Assembly: GCA_038247415.1 (NCBI GenBank)
Contig: JBBRUX010000027.1
Span: 1-52,172 of the forward strand
Length of the DNA stretch: 52,172 nt
Source: Chitinivibrionales bacterium
GTDB taxonomy: Bacteria > Fibrobacterota > Chitinivibrionia > Chitinivibrionales > WJKA01
Direction: 5' to 3'
A program made the position numbers and the translations under genes. The notes under the pieces were generated by a model. It saw only the letters and a list, made by a program, of their open reading frames with translations. It did not search any database and was not told the origin of the DNA. This document shows positions 30,121 to 39,797 of this stretch, piece after piece. Each line of letters starts with the position of its first letter. The first letter of the stretch is position 1.

Positions 30121-30396
30121 TTAACCTACCACTACGCAGACTTCTTGTTTATCCCGACCCTTTATATGTATCGATAATCCGCGCAACGAAATGATGAGTG
30201 ACCGTATACTATACATGATGCAAAAAATGCGAAGTGGTTTACGCATTGCAGACATAATGAGTTCTGCAAGCAATAAAAGCGGAGAAATAACAAGAATTAC
30301 AATCCCAAAAAGTGGCCATAGCCAGAAAATCGGTAACCAAAACCCAAGACGAGTTTTTTCATTTCTTACTTTTATTTTTATCCATAGCGGCATCAT
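30121..30396 (-). CDS. Small membrane protein
   Basis: Hydrophobic FWLPIFWLWPL...LLL stretch; 2-bp gap to the DUF2089 gene. Confidence 0.65.
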   Translation of the reverse strand: MMPLWIKIKVRNEKTRLGFWLPIFWLWPLFGIVILVISPLLLLAELIMSAMRKPLRIFCIMYSIRSLIISLRGLSIHIKGRDKQEVCVVVG

Positions 30397-30398
30397 AC

Positions 30399-30761
30399 TT
30401 ATTCTCTGAGGCTTTCTATTGCCTTTTCGGGAGTAATTTCCCCTCGCTCTAGTTTGTCTAATACGTCGTTTGCATCAGGCTTATTGATAACTTCAATGAA
30501 ATTAAGCTGCGAACCTATTTTATTGAGACGAGATTTAATAGTGGGATAGCTCACTCCAAAAAGTTCTTCCATCTGCTTAATAGATCCATGTGCCTTAATA
30601 AATTGAGCAACAAAGATTTGATCTTCGTACGACATTTTGGCCATAGGAGGTAATTCGAAGTTTCCTTCGATCGCGATTTCCGATGCAGTTAACCTGACTT
30701 TCTGCACCGTAAAATCTGCTGTACCCGTAAGTTTCGTTAAATCATACCATGTATGTGCCAT
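30399..30761 (-). CDS. DUF2089 family HTH protein (putative regulator)
   Basis: IEGNFELP, GSIKQMEELFGVSYPTIKSRL (HTH) and LERGEITPEKAI motifs. Confidence 0.88.
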   Translation of the reverse strand: MAHTWYDLTKLTGTADFTVQKVRLTASEIAIEGNFELPPMAKMSYEDQIFVAQFIKAHGSIKQMEELFGVSYPTIKSRLNKIGSQLNFIEVINKPDANDVLDKLERGEITPEKAIESLRE

Positions 30762-30796
30762 ACCGTTCCTTAGCCAAGAATGAAAGATTCTTTTAA

Positions 30797-30866
30797 AATA
30801 TAGCGCTATTCATTTAAAAAATCAAGTCTAATATTAAAAATATTAATTTAAAGCGCTTAAATGAAT
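30797..30866 (-). promoter_or_regulatory. Sigma70-type promoter with inverted-repeat operator candidate
   Basis: Minus strand TTGATT (30825-30820)-N17-TATATT (30802-30797); inverted repeat ATTCATTTAA (30808-30817)/TTAAATGAAT (30857-30866). Confidence 0.55.
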
Positions 30867-31273
30867 TCTTTGTTCTCTGTAAAAACTTGATTTCTCCAGA
30901 TATGCAGTTCCTCTTGAATTGCCTATAGAATGCTAAACAAGGTAACCTTTATCTACTTATAGTGTGATCGTTTTGTGGGGTATACATTCTATGGGTTATC
31001 CTCTTAAAAGGACAAAACTGAGCCTCACCGCTACACGGAACTATATCCCATAACCGCCAGAAAGACAATATCCTAGTTTTTTTTAACGAATCGTGTCACC
31101 CAGAATGTACCGGTTTAAAAGATACTGGAAGAACACCCTTTAGCCGGTTTTACATACATGTCAAGGCGGCCAGTCCCTTATAGTACTATTATGAGCAGAA
31201 TCTATATTACATTTTATAAGCTTATCACTACGGCAATTATTCTTTTTTATTGCAATCTCATTGGAGTTGACCC

Positions 31274-32314
31274 ATGAAAAAAATTACCCTTTTGATCCTG
31301 TGTCTCGGCACCTTTACTTATGCAGCATCATCCCGCTTTATCCTCCTTTCAGAGTTAAAAAGCAACCATACCGGCACATCAACTTCCGCGTACACACGCT
31401 ATAGCCACGACGCCTCTGGCAATCGTTTACTCAAGAGAGTATATGACGGCATCGACACAAACGCTTCCAAATTAAGTACGCTATCTTATTCCTACCTCCC
31501 TAGCGGCTTACTTTCTTCTGAGGTACTACTTGACACCTCTGGGGATACTATTTCCATTGTGCGGTATACATATACCGTAAATACTCTTGTCTGCGCAACG
31601 GTTCTTTCCAAAGCGGGAAGCCTCAAATTCAAGGATACGCTTATCTATGAAGGTGCTTTTTTAAAACGCCAGAATCGTATAATCAGTTCAGGGATCACTT
31701 CTTTCTATCACGCGTATACTTATACCACTATGCTTTTAAGTGCCGACACGCTTTATGAGACCGATGGTGCAGGGGGATATGCCGCAGCCCAAGCCCGAAA
31801 CATGACCTACAATTCCGACAATACAGTAGCTACCGAAACCCAATCGCATTGGAGTGGAACGAGCTGGTTTCCAACTGCCACGATACGCATGGGTTATCAA
31901 TTCTCTCATTTGTATTCGGTCACAACCTACGAAATCGACGGATCTTCCAATAAAATGGTCGATTCATTAAGCTATAATTACGACTCCTACGGCACTCGGG
32001 TTCGCGAATACAAATACGACAACAACCACATCATGCTCTATGATATTATGTACACCTGGTACGACACTTTCCCGACCTCTATTTCTTTACTTCCGCACGA
32101 AGCTCCTGGTTCGCAGGCTATTGTTTTAAAAAATAGCTCGATTCGTTTTTCTACCCCTTTTACAGGAACGGTTCGGATCTGTTCGCTTGATGGGAAAACG
32201 ATTACATCGCTTTGGTGCAATACGACCAACGAACTTGCTTTACCGTATAACTTTTCAAAAGGAAAGTACCTACTTACCTTTTCAGGGACAATTTTCCACG
32301 CAATTCTTCGTTAA
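31274..32314 (+). CDS. Secreted beta-rich protein with YD-like repeats and a C-terminal sorting-like tail
   Basis: GGAG RBS and MKK signal peptide; repeated YxYD/YTY motifs (YSHDASGNR, YNYDSYG); ICSLDGK...GKYLL tail. Confidence 0.65.
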   Translation: MKKITLLILCLGTFTYAASSRFILLSELKSNHTGTSTSAYTRYSHDASGNRLLKRVYDGIDTNASKLSTLSYSYLPSGLLSSEVLLDTSGDTISIVRYTYTVNTLVCATVLSKAGSLKFKDTLIYEGAFLKRQNRIISSGITSFYHAYTYTTMLLSADTLYETDGAGGYAAAQARNMTYNSDNTVATETQSHWSGTSWFPTATIRMGYQFSHLYSVTTYEIDGSSNKMVDSLSYNYDSYGTRVREYKYDNNHIMLYDIMYTWYDTFPTSISLLPHEAPGSQAIVLKNSSIRFSTPFTGTVRICSLDGKTITSLWCNTTNELALPYNFSKGKYLLTFSGTIFHAILR

Positions 32315-32332
32315 AAGTATTGTGAGCACTCC

Positions 32333-32373
32333 GCCAATCATTTGATACACGGTATCTGTATCAAAAAATTGGC
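32333..32373. terminator. Stem-loop after the secreted protein gene
   Basis: GCCAAT..TTTGATACA-cggtatc-TGTATCAAA..ATTGGC. Confidence 0.5.
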
Positions 32374-32518
32374 AACAATATCTGGTCCTTTTAAAGAGGT
32401 CCTCCTTCTCTGCTCATCTTTTCTATTTCTTTAGTATAACAGCACCTCCGCAATTGATTATTTTACCAGAGGCCATAAAATTTCGGTTAATACCACGATT
32501 TTAAGGGGAAAAGTCATT

Positions 32519-32857
32519 ATGTCTGGAAAATTTGCTATAGACCACGATCATTTTGTTGCTAAAAACAAAAGTCTCGCACGTGCTTACGAATCTGATAGCC
32601 GTGAAAAGCTTGCGGAAAAAAAAGGGTATTCGACCGTTAAGCAAGCGGCGGAGCCATCCTGCTTTCAATGCAAACACAAACCAAAGTGTCCAGAATTCCG
32701 CAAAAAACGTACCGGAACAACCACGGGTGCTGCTTCATTTGGTGGGAACGAACGGCTTTTTTGTGATAAATTCGAACCACAACCAGCAGACAGTTCTCGT
32801 TCAATGTCGGGCAAGCAGATTAAATCACTGCTTAAAAATGCCATTCGGAAAATGTAA
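32519..32857 (+). CDS. Small basic hypothetical protein with four Cys (possible metal site)
   Basis: AAGGGG RBS; CFQC-x5-C...LFCDKF. Confidence 0.65.
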   Translation: MSGKFAIDHDHFVAKNKSLARAYESDSREKLAEKKGYSTVKQAAEPSCFQCKHKPKCPEFRKKRTGTTTGAASFGGNERLFCDKFEPQPADSSRSMSGKQIKSLLKNAIRKM

Positions 32858-32896
32858 TCTTCGGGCGGTGTTTTTACTACAACGAAAGGTATAGGT

Positions 32897-33634
32897 ATGG
32901 AAAGTTCCCCTCTTGAATTATATGAGAAAGCATATAGACTGCATTACATTGAGGGTGAAATTGCCCAGGCTTGTACCTTATACGAAACTATCATTCAAGA
33001 ATTCCCCGATTCTCACGAATGTGGTTATTCTGTTATTCAACTTCAAAAAATTTCGGCTAATTCTGCAGTTGCACACCTGGCAAAGCAAAGCAATAATTCT
33101 TTAAGCCCGCTTTTAATACTCAGTATCGCCTTGAATTGCTTATGCATCGGCGCATTGGTACTGCTCTTCATCACGCTCAAAACTTCGCATGCAAAGCAAG
33201 TGTCTTATCAAAGTGATATTGCTATCGCACTTTCAAAATCGTTTGGCTGCCACGAAGATGCGGCTCTTATGCAGCTTGCTCGTGCCAAGCAAACAGGCGG
33301 CAATGAAATTGCTCCCTATGCAATTGGCGCAGAAATTTATGCATCAATGCAACAATACGACGAAGGCATAGCAGAATTAGCATCGTACAAAAGAAAATTT
33401 GGTCCGTCGACAGTAATCGATAGCCACATTGCACTGCTAGAAAATTCAATCGCCGCAATGTCTAAAGCAACTGCAAAGGCAAGCATGCCCGATATTCTTT
33501 TGGATAGCGCATCTCAAAACGCCGAAGACATTGCATCTAAACTCATGGCACCACCACCTGCCCCACCAAAGAAAAAAGGGACCGCAAAAAAAACCAAAGA
33601 CGTGCTGCTACGTGAGGATGTCACCTTTTTCTAG
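32897..33634 (+). CDS. TPR-like single-pass membrane protein
   Basis: N-terminal LYEKAY...Y..IIQEFPDS (TPR_6-like), one TM helix, then more helical repeats. Confidence 0.65.
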   Translation: MESSPLELYEKAYRLHYIEGEIAQACTLYETIIQEFPDSHECGYSVIQLQKISANSAVAHLAKQSNNSLSPLLILSIALNCLCIGALVLLFITLKTSHAKQVSYQSDIAIALSKSFGCHEDAALMQLARAKQTGGNEIAPYAIGAEIYASMQQYDEGIAELASYKRKFGPSTVIDSHIALLENSIAAMSKATAKASMPDILLDSASQNAEDIASKLMAPPPAPPKKKGTAKKTKDVLLREDVTFF

Positions 33635-33645
33635 ACGAGATTCCT

Positions 33646-34080
33646 ATGGATGCTCGCGAAACAATTATACGTAAAGTTCTTGACGGATTAGTACTCGACG
33701 AATTGGGGTTCTGGGTGCCTATTATCCATAAAACAAGTGTTGAACGTGAATTTCGTTCACACCTCGAAAAAGGGGAAGCGCTCTACCAGAAAAAATGGGT
33801 TCCCCTACGGCACGCAATCCTCGAATCAAAAAACGCTCCCGATTTAACAATGCCACACAGCCATCTTCCTCCCGAAACACGGCGGATTACTGTCTCTAAA
33901 TCCTTAACGCCACATTTTGCTAGTGCACCTGAGGCACACACAGCGCCAGCACTTGAATTAGACGAATGGGAACTTGCTCGCACGCGAACCAAGCGCATTA
34001 TGTGGATTTCGATTCTTGGTGGTGGGGCTATTGCATTAGTAACTGCTGCGGCGCTTATAGTGCCCAAATTACTGCATTAA
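33646..34080 (+). CDS. Hypothetical protein with a C-terminal TM anchor
   Basis: 144-aa ORF in operon spacing; hydrophobic C-terminus. Confidence 0.6.
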   Translation: MDARETIIRKVLDGLVLDELGFWVPIIHKTSVEREFRSHLEKGEALYQKKWVPLRHAILESKNAPDLTMPHSHLPPETRRITVSKSLTPHFASAPEAHTAPALELDEWELARTRTKRIMWISILGGGAIALVTAAALIVPKLLH

Positions 34081-35234
34081 GAACACGGTTTTTCTGCGCA
34101 CGATTGCACATGGACAAGAACAGATTCAACCTGCTTCTCTTTGTTAAACAACGATTGCGCCCGTGCATATCCATTTTTCCCCATTTCGGAACAAAATGCA
34201 GGATTGTCAATACAGCGGATCATGGCTTCTGCAAGTTTGTCAACATCTCCATAGGGAACTAAAAGCCCTGTTTGGTCGTGCACAATAATTTCGGATATGC
34301 CTCCCGAATCAAATGCAACAACCGGCAAAGAACAGGCACTTGCCTCTGCAATAGACCTACCAAACGGTTCCTTATCAGATGCGCACACAAATACATCGTG
34401 TTCCAATAGCATTTCCTGCGCACGAACAGAATAGGGCAACAAAACACAGGGTTGACTTGTTGGTAATGCAGCAATTTGAGCCTGCAAGGTTTCTCGATAT
34501 GATTGAGCCCAATAGAGCGTATCTCCCACAAGCGACAAGCCAATATTGGCTTGTTGACGTAATGCGCAAATCCGTGAAAAGGCATCAATAAGAAGATGAC
34601 ACCCTTTCCAGGGCACAATTCTCCCAAGATAAATAAACTGTAAGGGCATGCCCTGAGGCTTCTTTTTTTGGGGCTCTGGAATTGTTACACCATTGTAAAT
34701 AAGTGCAGAATGCTTTTTAATCCGTAGGGGCAAGGCGTCAACAACTGCCTGGGAAATCGCAATGCACTGCATAACGCGTGGTCTAAACAATACTGCGTAC
34801 AATTGAAACGGCAGCGAAGAGCGCTCGAAAATTTCGCGCATGTGCAAACATATTCTGCCTTTATAGCCAATCCACGAGCAGAGCATAAGTGCTATATGCG
34901 ATTTGGGGACATTAGCATGAACCATATCTGGAGAAATGCTTTTCAGAACTTTTTGTAAACGCATTACATACGCTGCAAACGATATAATTGCAGTAGGATA
35001 GCGCATACACGACACAAGCAAATTCCCTCGCCGCATTGTAGCAACAAACGATGAACAAGGAATAATTTTTACGATAGTTCCCTTGGCCTGCGCTTGCGTA
35101 ACCAGCGGGCCTGGTTCGGTGGTAACAAGAATTGTTTTAAAACGTGGTGCGCTTTTCTCTAAAATATCTAAAAGAGAATGTTCCGCTCCCCCCATGCCAG
35201 CAGCCCAATGATTTATAAAAACTATAGTTTTCAT
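34077..35234 (-). CDS. Glycosyltransferase family 4
   Basis: GGAE, GRIVPWKG and EPFGRSIAEA motifs. Confidence 0.9.
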   Translation of the reverse strand: MKTIVFINHWAAGMGGAEHSLLDILEKSAPRFKTILVTTEPGPLVTQAQAKGTIVKIIPCSSFVATMRRGNLLVSCMRYPTAIISFAAYVMRLQKVLKSISPDMVHANVPKSHIALMLCSWIGYKGRICLHMREIFERSSLPFQLYAVLFRPRVMQCIAISQAVVDALPLRIKKHSALIYNGVTIPEPQKKKPQGMPLQFIYLGRIVPWKGCHLLIDAFSRICALRQQANIGLSLVGDTLYWAQSYRETLQAQIAALPTSQPCVLLPYSVRAQEMLLEHDVFVCASDKEPFGRSIAEASACSLPVVAFDSGGISEIIVHDQTGLLVPYGDVDKLAEAMIRCIDNPAFCSEMGKNGYARAQSLFNKEKQVESVLVHVQSCAEKPCS

Positions 35235-36319
35235 AAAGGATCAATTCTATGGCGCGCTAAAAAAATATTTTTGCCTTTATCAGAAAGCGCTTGCGCACAA
35301 CGTGGTGTTTGCAAGAGCATGCACAATGCTTCGTACAAAGACTCTGTGTTGTTTTGTGTGCATATCAATGCTGCATCTCCTGCAACATCGGGCAACCCTC
35401 CACAATCGGAAACTATTAAAGGCACCCCAAAGCTCATTGCCTCAAGGCACACAATCCCAAATCCCTCGGTTCCGTTGTGCGTTGTAAACGAAGGCACCAC
35501 AACGCAATATGCTTTTGCGTATTCTGCATGCTTATCAGTATCAGTTGCATGAGGAATTATAGTAACACATTCTTTACACTGCAACCGGTCTATTTGATTG
35601 ATTAAGGCAGCATAACAGGGGCCATTTCCGATAAGAACCAAATGAGCCTGATGCAAAATCCTGCACTTTTGGAATGCCTCAATCAAAACAGCTTGTCCTT
35701 TATGCTCCTCTAGGCGCCCTACGCAGACTATTCTTAGTGACAATTGGGAATATTCTAAAGACATTCTACGAGCCGTAATGCGCTGCTCATAACCTGTGAC
35801 AGAAAGCGATATCTTTGGAGCGACAACCTCACACTGTGTAGTGATACCCGCGTTTTCTAAGAGTGATTGTGTATAGGGCCCTAATACATACAATTTTTCT
35901 GCACCAGTAAGAACTCTTTTAATAATTCTCGATTTTAAGCTCTTGTGTTTCAGCACCAATAGTTCTGTGCCGTATGTAAATATTCGATAGGATATATCTC
36001 GCTTTACAATACTCAATATCCAACATAACAGTGAGGGATATATATTTCCACACTCAACACGCACCTGTTTTTTATTAAACCATACGCTAGTTACAAGCAC
36101 CCAAAAAAGAGGCAGCAAGGAAAACTTTTTATTGACACGAGAAAGCCGGGTTGATACATATCGATGGGGACAGGTAAAAAACATATTGTTTTTTATGCTT
36201 CTATTGGTACCTACCACAACGGAATCGGTTTTCGAATACGATTGCTGTACATACTGAGCAAGATATGTCTGCATACCCCCAATCTCTGGAGGATAGTCAA
36301 GCGTTAACAGGAGTTTCAT
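35231..36319 (-). CDS. Glycosyltransferase family 4
   Basis: DYPPEIGGMQ, GRLEEHKG and EGFGIVCLEA motifs. Confidence 0.9.
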   Translation of the reverse strand: MKLLLTLDYPPEIGGMQTYLAQYVQQSYSKTDSVVVGTNRSIKNNMFFTCPHRYVSTRLSRVNKKFSLLPLFWVLVTSVWFNKKQVRVECGNIYPSLLCWILSIVKRDISYRIFTYGTELLVLKHKSLKSRIIKRVLTGAEKLYVLGPYTQSLLENAGITTQCEVVAPKISLSVTGYEQRITARRMSLEYSQLSLRIVCVGRLEEHKGQAVLIEAFQKCRILHQAHLVLIGNGPCYAALINQIDRLQCKECVTIIPHATDTDKHAEYAKAYCVVVPSFTTHNGTEGFGIVCLEAMSFGVPLIVSDCGGLPDVAGDAALICTQNNTESLYEALCMLLQTPRCAQALSDKGKNIFLARHRIDPL

Positions 36320-37808
36320 GGCTGGTTAATTCCAAATTTTGTGACTGTTGCGCATCTCTAACTTTGTTCCGTTCGGCAAATGCAAGGGCTGTGAGAACCC
36401 CATTCCAAAACCAAAAATACACATCACCCGGAAAGTAGTGAATATGTGATCCTGTAATACTTACAAAGGCAAAAACAATATTCATTACCGTAATGCCTTT
36501 TGCTAAAACGGTAATTGCCGGATCTTTTGTTGAATCAATAAGCGAAAATCCTGCCATTACGAATGTTATAAGTACTATTATAATAAGAATAACGCCAGGA
36601 TATCCGAATTCGGCAAGATAGGTAAAGTAAAGAGAATCGGCTTTAAGAGCCCCTAAACCTCTCCCCATTATAGCAAGTTCTGGATTAGACGACCACACAA
36701 GCAGATTTTTCCAAAGAGCAACGCGTGATACAAATGAATGTTCCTCGAGCGGACTCGTGAGTGCCGTAGTACGATTAGTCACCAATAAATCCATCGATTC
36801 TTTATTGCCAAGCTTTCCACCAACGACATTAATAACAGTATCGATCCCCCCATTCATTATCATTTCGCCACCCAGCGTAACAAGCATATATCCAAGCAAT
36901 ACAACCCCTACCATTACAACACGCTGCCTTGTTGTTTTGACATTAACCAATGTAAACCAAAAGAGAAATGTTGTTATAACTGCAATCCAGCTCGATCTAA
37001 CCGAAGTAACAAGCACCGCATAAAAAAGTAAGGGAACAAGCCCAAGAAGCACAAATGCGAACGATTTTTTAAACCATGACATGCACATAAGAATACCAAT
37101 AATACCCAATTGAAGATAGTCGGCAAAGGCAACGGGAGATTGGAAAAACGAAAAAGGTCTAATAACATTTTTAATAAAGAGCGTAGAAAATTCTATAGAA
37201 GCAAGCCATACTAATTCGGCCTCCGAAAATCCAACCATGAGCTGCCTAAGTCCATAGACCGCTGCAATTACACTTACGATAATGGTGATAACCCAGATGG
37301 TTTTAAGAGATCGAATATGCCTAGAAAAAATAGTTCCTACAAAAAAGAACAATACCGTGGGGCCATAAAACTTAAATTGCGCTGCCGCCTCTGCAAGCGG
37401 AAGTTCGTTTAAGAGCGGTACCCGGATAAGCATATAGGCAAAATAAAACCATACCAATAGATTTGCAAAAGATTGACGAGAAGAGTTTTTCCTGCGTTCA
37501 CTAAACTCAAAAAATAGCGCAATAAAAATGAGTACGAGTATAATTTCGCCGGTCATAAGCAGTGGGTCTGCCGATGGACGCGCATACATCAAATAATAAA
37601 GGCGACGAACATAGGTGACAAAAGGTAATAGTAAAAATACTGCGTAAACGCCTACAACAGGAATGCGTATTATGGGATATATCAAGACAAGCCCAATAAT
37701 GAGTACCAGCCCTAGCTGATTGGGAATATGAAAAAATTCGAATGCGATAAGATGCCCAAGAATCGCTATACCGCATAAAGCAATGATATGATGAAATTTG
37801 GATTTCAT
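36297..37808 (-). CDS. O-antigen ligase/Wzy-like polymerase membrane protein
   Basis: About 12 TM helices; RPFSFF, TSVRSSW, SRVALW and G.GLG...DS.Y...LAEFG motifs. Confidence 0.75.
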   Translation of the reverse strand: MKSKFHHIIALCGIAILGHLIAFEFFHIPNQLGLVLIIGLVLIYPIIRIPVVGVYAVFLLLPFVTYVRRLYYLMYARPSADPLLMTGEIILVLIFIALFFEFSERRKNSSRQSFANLLVWFYFAYMLIRVPLLNELPLAEAAAQFKFYGPTVLFFFVGTIFSRHIRSLKTIWVITIIVSVIAAVYGLRQLMVGFSEAELVWLASIEFSTLFIKNVIRPFSFFQSPVAFADYLQLGIIGILMCMSWFKKSFAFVLLGLVPLLFYAVLVTSVRSSWIAVITTFLFWFTLVNVKTTRQRVVMVGVVLLGYMLVTLGGEMIMNGGIDTVINVVGGKLGNKESMDLLVTNRTTALTSPLEEHSFVSRVALWKNLLVWSSNPELAIMGRGLGALKADSLYFTYLAEFGYPGVILIIIVLITFVMAGFSLIDSTKDPAITVLAKGITVMNIVFAFVSITGSHIHYFPGDVYFWFWNGVLTALAFAERNKVRDAQQSQNLELTSHETPVNA

Positions 37809-38836
37809 ATTCTACCTGCGTGAATCTGCTGATACAGTTCCTGATATTTCAAAGCTTTGGCATCTATTGAATAGTGTACCTCCGTTTTAGCTCCATTTTC
37901 ACGAATTGTATGCATTAGAGCAGGATCTCGAAATACCCGGGTAATACATGCGCCCAAGGATTTTCTTGAACAGATGAGTGCGTTTTTTTCGTGTTCAAGA
38001 AATTCTGCTGGCATTTTTGTAGCTATGCACACGACAATCGTTCCCGCTGCCATGGCTTCAATAAGGGGAACCCCGAATCCTTCGTAGGTACTGGCGCAAC
38101 AGTAAAGCCAACTTCTCGAAAACAATGCGGCCATTTCAGCTTGCGAAAGAAAAGGAAACCAGTCGACAGAAGGATGGTCGTATCGTAGTGGACCAACTAC
38201 GGTAAGACGCGCCGTAGGAAACAGTGGCAAGACCCGCGTTAAAAAGGCATGTATAACATCAATCGTTCGTTTTCTTCCATATAATTCTCCAAGTGCAACA
38301 ATGCTAGGTTCTGTAGTTTTTATTGGATTTCTGGCATACTCCGCACTGTCAATACCGCAGTCTATAATGGTAGAAATTCGCGGAAGCACGCGTGCAGTAA
38401 TGCGGGAAATACCAACACAATGCCCTTTTTTAAAAGCAGAGATAAGTTCAAAGAAATAAAAAAGAGATTGATAGGCAACACGAGATAGTTTTGTTGCAGA
38501 GCATGCCTCAAAAAAGGCAGACCCATAAAACGTGCGAACCCTCGTGTGTGATCCTTTTGAAAGGTAGTCGTCGCCATGATAATGGACGATATCAAAAGAA
38601 TTGGTAGGTATACGAGAAAAAATAAACGCTGGCAAAAATTTACTTATGATACTTTTTCGAGAACCAAACTCAAGTTTTTCATGTCGATACAAAGCATCTG
38701 GGGGAGTACCGCCTCCCGCAAAGCACGTTACTTCATGTCCTAATCGTACCAAAGCATTGGCAAGCCTATGAACCTGCCACGATACGCCATTGGGGCTATC
38801 AAGCGGAAGCTGTTTAGAAAAAAAGGCAATACGAAT
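37805..38836 (-). CDS. Glycosyltransferase family 4 (start uncertain; ATT at 38836 proposed)
   Basis: RIAFFS...NGV...L...GHEV and EGFGVPLIEAMA motifs. Confidence 0.82.
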   Translation of the reverse strand: MRIAFFSKQLPLDSPNGVSWQVHRLANALVRLGHEVTCFAGGGTPPDALYRHEKLEFGSRKSIISKFLPAFIFSRIPTNSFDIVHYHGDDYLSKGSHTRVRTFYGSAFFEACSATKLSRVAYQSLFYFFELISAFKKGHCVGISRITARVLPRISTIIDCGIDSAEYARNPIKTTEPSIVALGELYGRKRTIDVIHAFLTRVLPLFPTARLTVVGPLRYDHPSVDWFPFLSQAEMAALFSRSWLYCCASTYEGFGVPLIEAMAAGTIVVCIATKMPAEFLEHEKNALICSRKSLGACITRVFRDPALMHTIRENGAKTEVHYSIDAKALKYQELYQQIHAGRI

Positions 38837-38846
38837 GGGAATTCCC

Positions 38847-39797
38847 TCAATAGATAAGGAACGTTTTATACTTCCACGATGCACCAATAAGCACAGCAAA
38901 AAGAATCCATGGCCCAATAAGATACGAAAGTATTTCAATGCCAAATTGCACGGGTGTTACCTTCGATCGCCCGATACGCCGTCCTGCAAAAAAGCTAAGC
39001 ACAACAACTAAAATGCCAATACATACGCCTGGTGCTGGCAACAATCCGGCAAACGCTGTTGCTATACATAACTGTAAGGCAACACTCATTAAAAAAGAAA
39101 GAGTGCACGGCGATCCAATCCAACCTCGGTAAAGCCTTTTATGCTTTTTGTAAAGAAGAGGATCCCATCGTCTGCGCAGGGTACTTTTAAGAAGATCCCA
39201 TGGTTCGTTAGCCCGCAACCTATGTGTAACGCAAAGATCTTCACAATAATCGATCGTTTTCCCCAAAGCAAGCATACTAAATGCCAGATCCATATCTTCT
39301 CGCTGCAATTCGAAGCGCTCGTCAAATCCGTTTACAGCACGAAACGCCTCTGCACGATATACAATATTATTGGTGCGATAGCCTCGTTTTTCAAGGCGTT
39401 TATATTCACGCAATGGTCCCGCAATCGCAACTGCAGGAACCTCCACAGTTGTGTGGCCCTCAACACCCACACACTCCCCATGCTCTTTGCAATACGAGAC
39501 TCCTGATGCAATCCAGTTTATATCTACATAACAATCGTCGTCGGTAAAGGCAATAAGCGAACCACGTGCAATGGCTGCCCCAACGTTTCGTTTTGCAGAA
39601 ATAGACCGATGAGCGTGAAAGATCCACGTGATGGCCGAATTGTGTTGCGCCAGTACCTCATGGGGATAATCGGCAACCACAATAATTTCCGATGCAGGAA
39701 ATAATTCCCTTGATGCTATAAGGGAGTCTATGCACGCTTGTATATAATCGGGACGGTGCGAGGCAATAACCACGCTTATTTCACACGATGAATTCAT
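38847..39797 (-). CDS. Glycosyltransferase family 2
   Basis: ISVVIA, RNVGA, AFTDDD and GFDERF...ED motifs. Confidence 0.88.
   Translation of the reverse strand: MNSSCEISVVIASHRPDYIQACIDSLIASRELFPASEIIVVADYPHEVLAQHNSAITWIFHAHRSISAKRNVGAAIARGSLIAFTDDDCYVDINWIASGVSYCKEHGECVGVEGHTTVEVPAVAIAGPLREYKRLEKRGYRTNNIVYRAEAFRAVNGFDERFELQREDMDLAFSMLALGKTIDYCEDLCVTHRLRANEPWDLLKSTLRRRWDPLLYKKHKRLYRGWIGSPCTLSFLMSVALQLCIATAFAGLLPAPGVCIGILVVVLSFFAGRRIGRSKVTPVQFGIEILSYLIGPWILFAVLIGASWKYKTFLIY

Noticed and set aside
30870..31270. Riboswitch, ncRNA or small gene in the ~400-bp intergenic region
   Set aside because: No recognisable conserved motif, strong stem or convincing ORF by eye. An Rfam scan would be needed.
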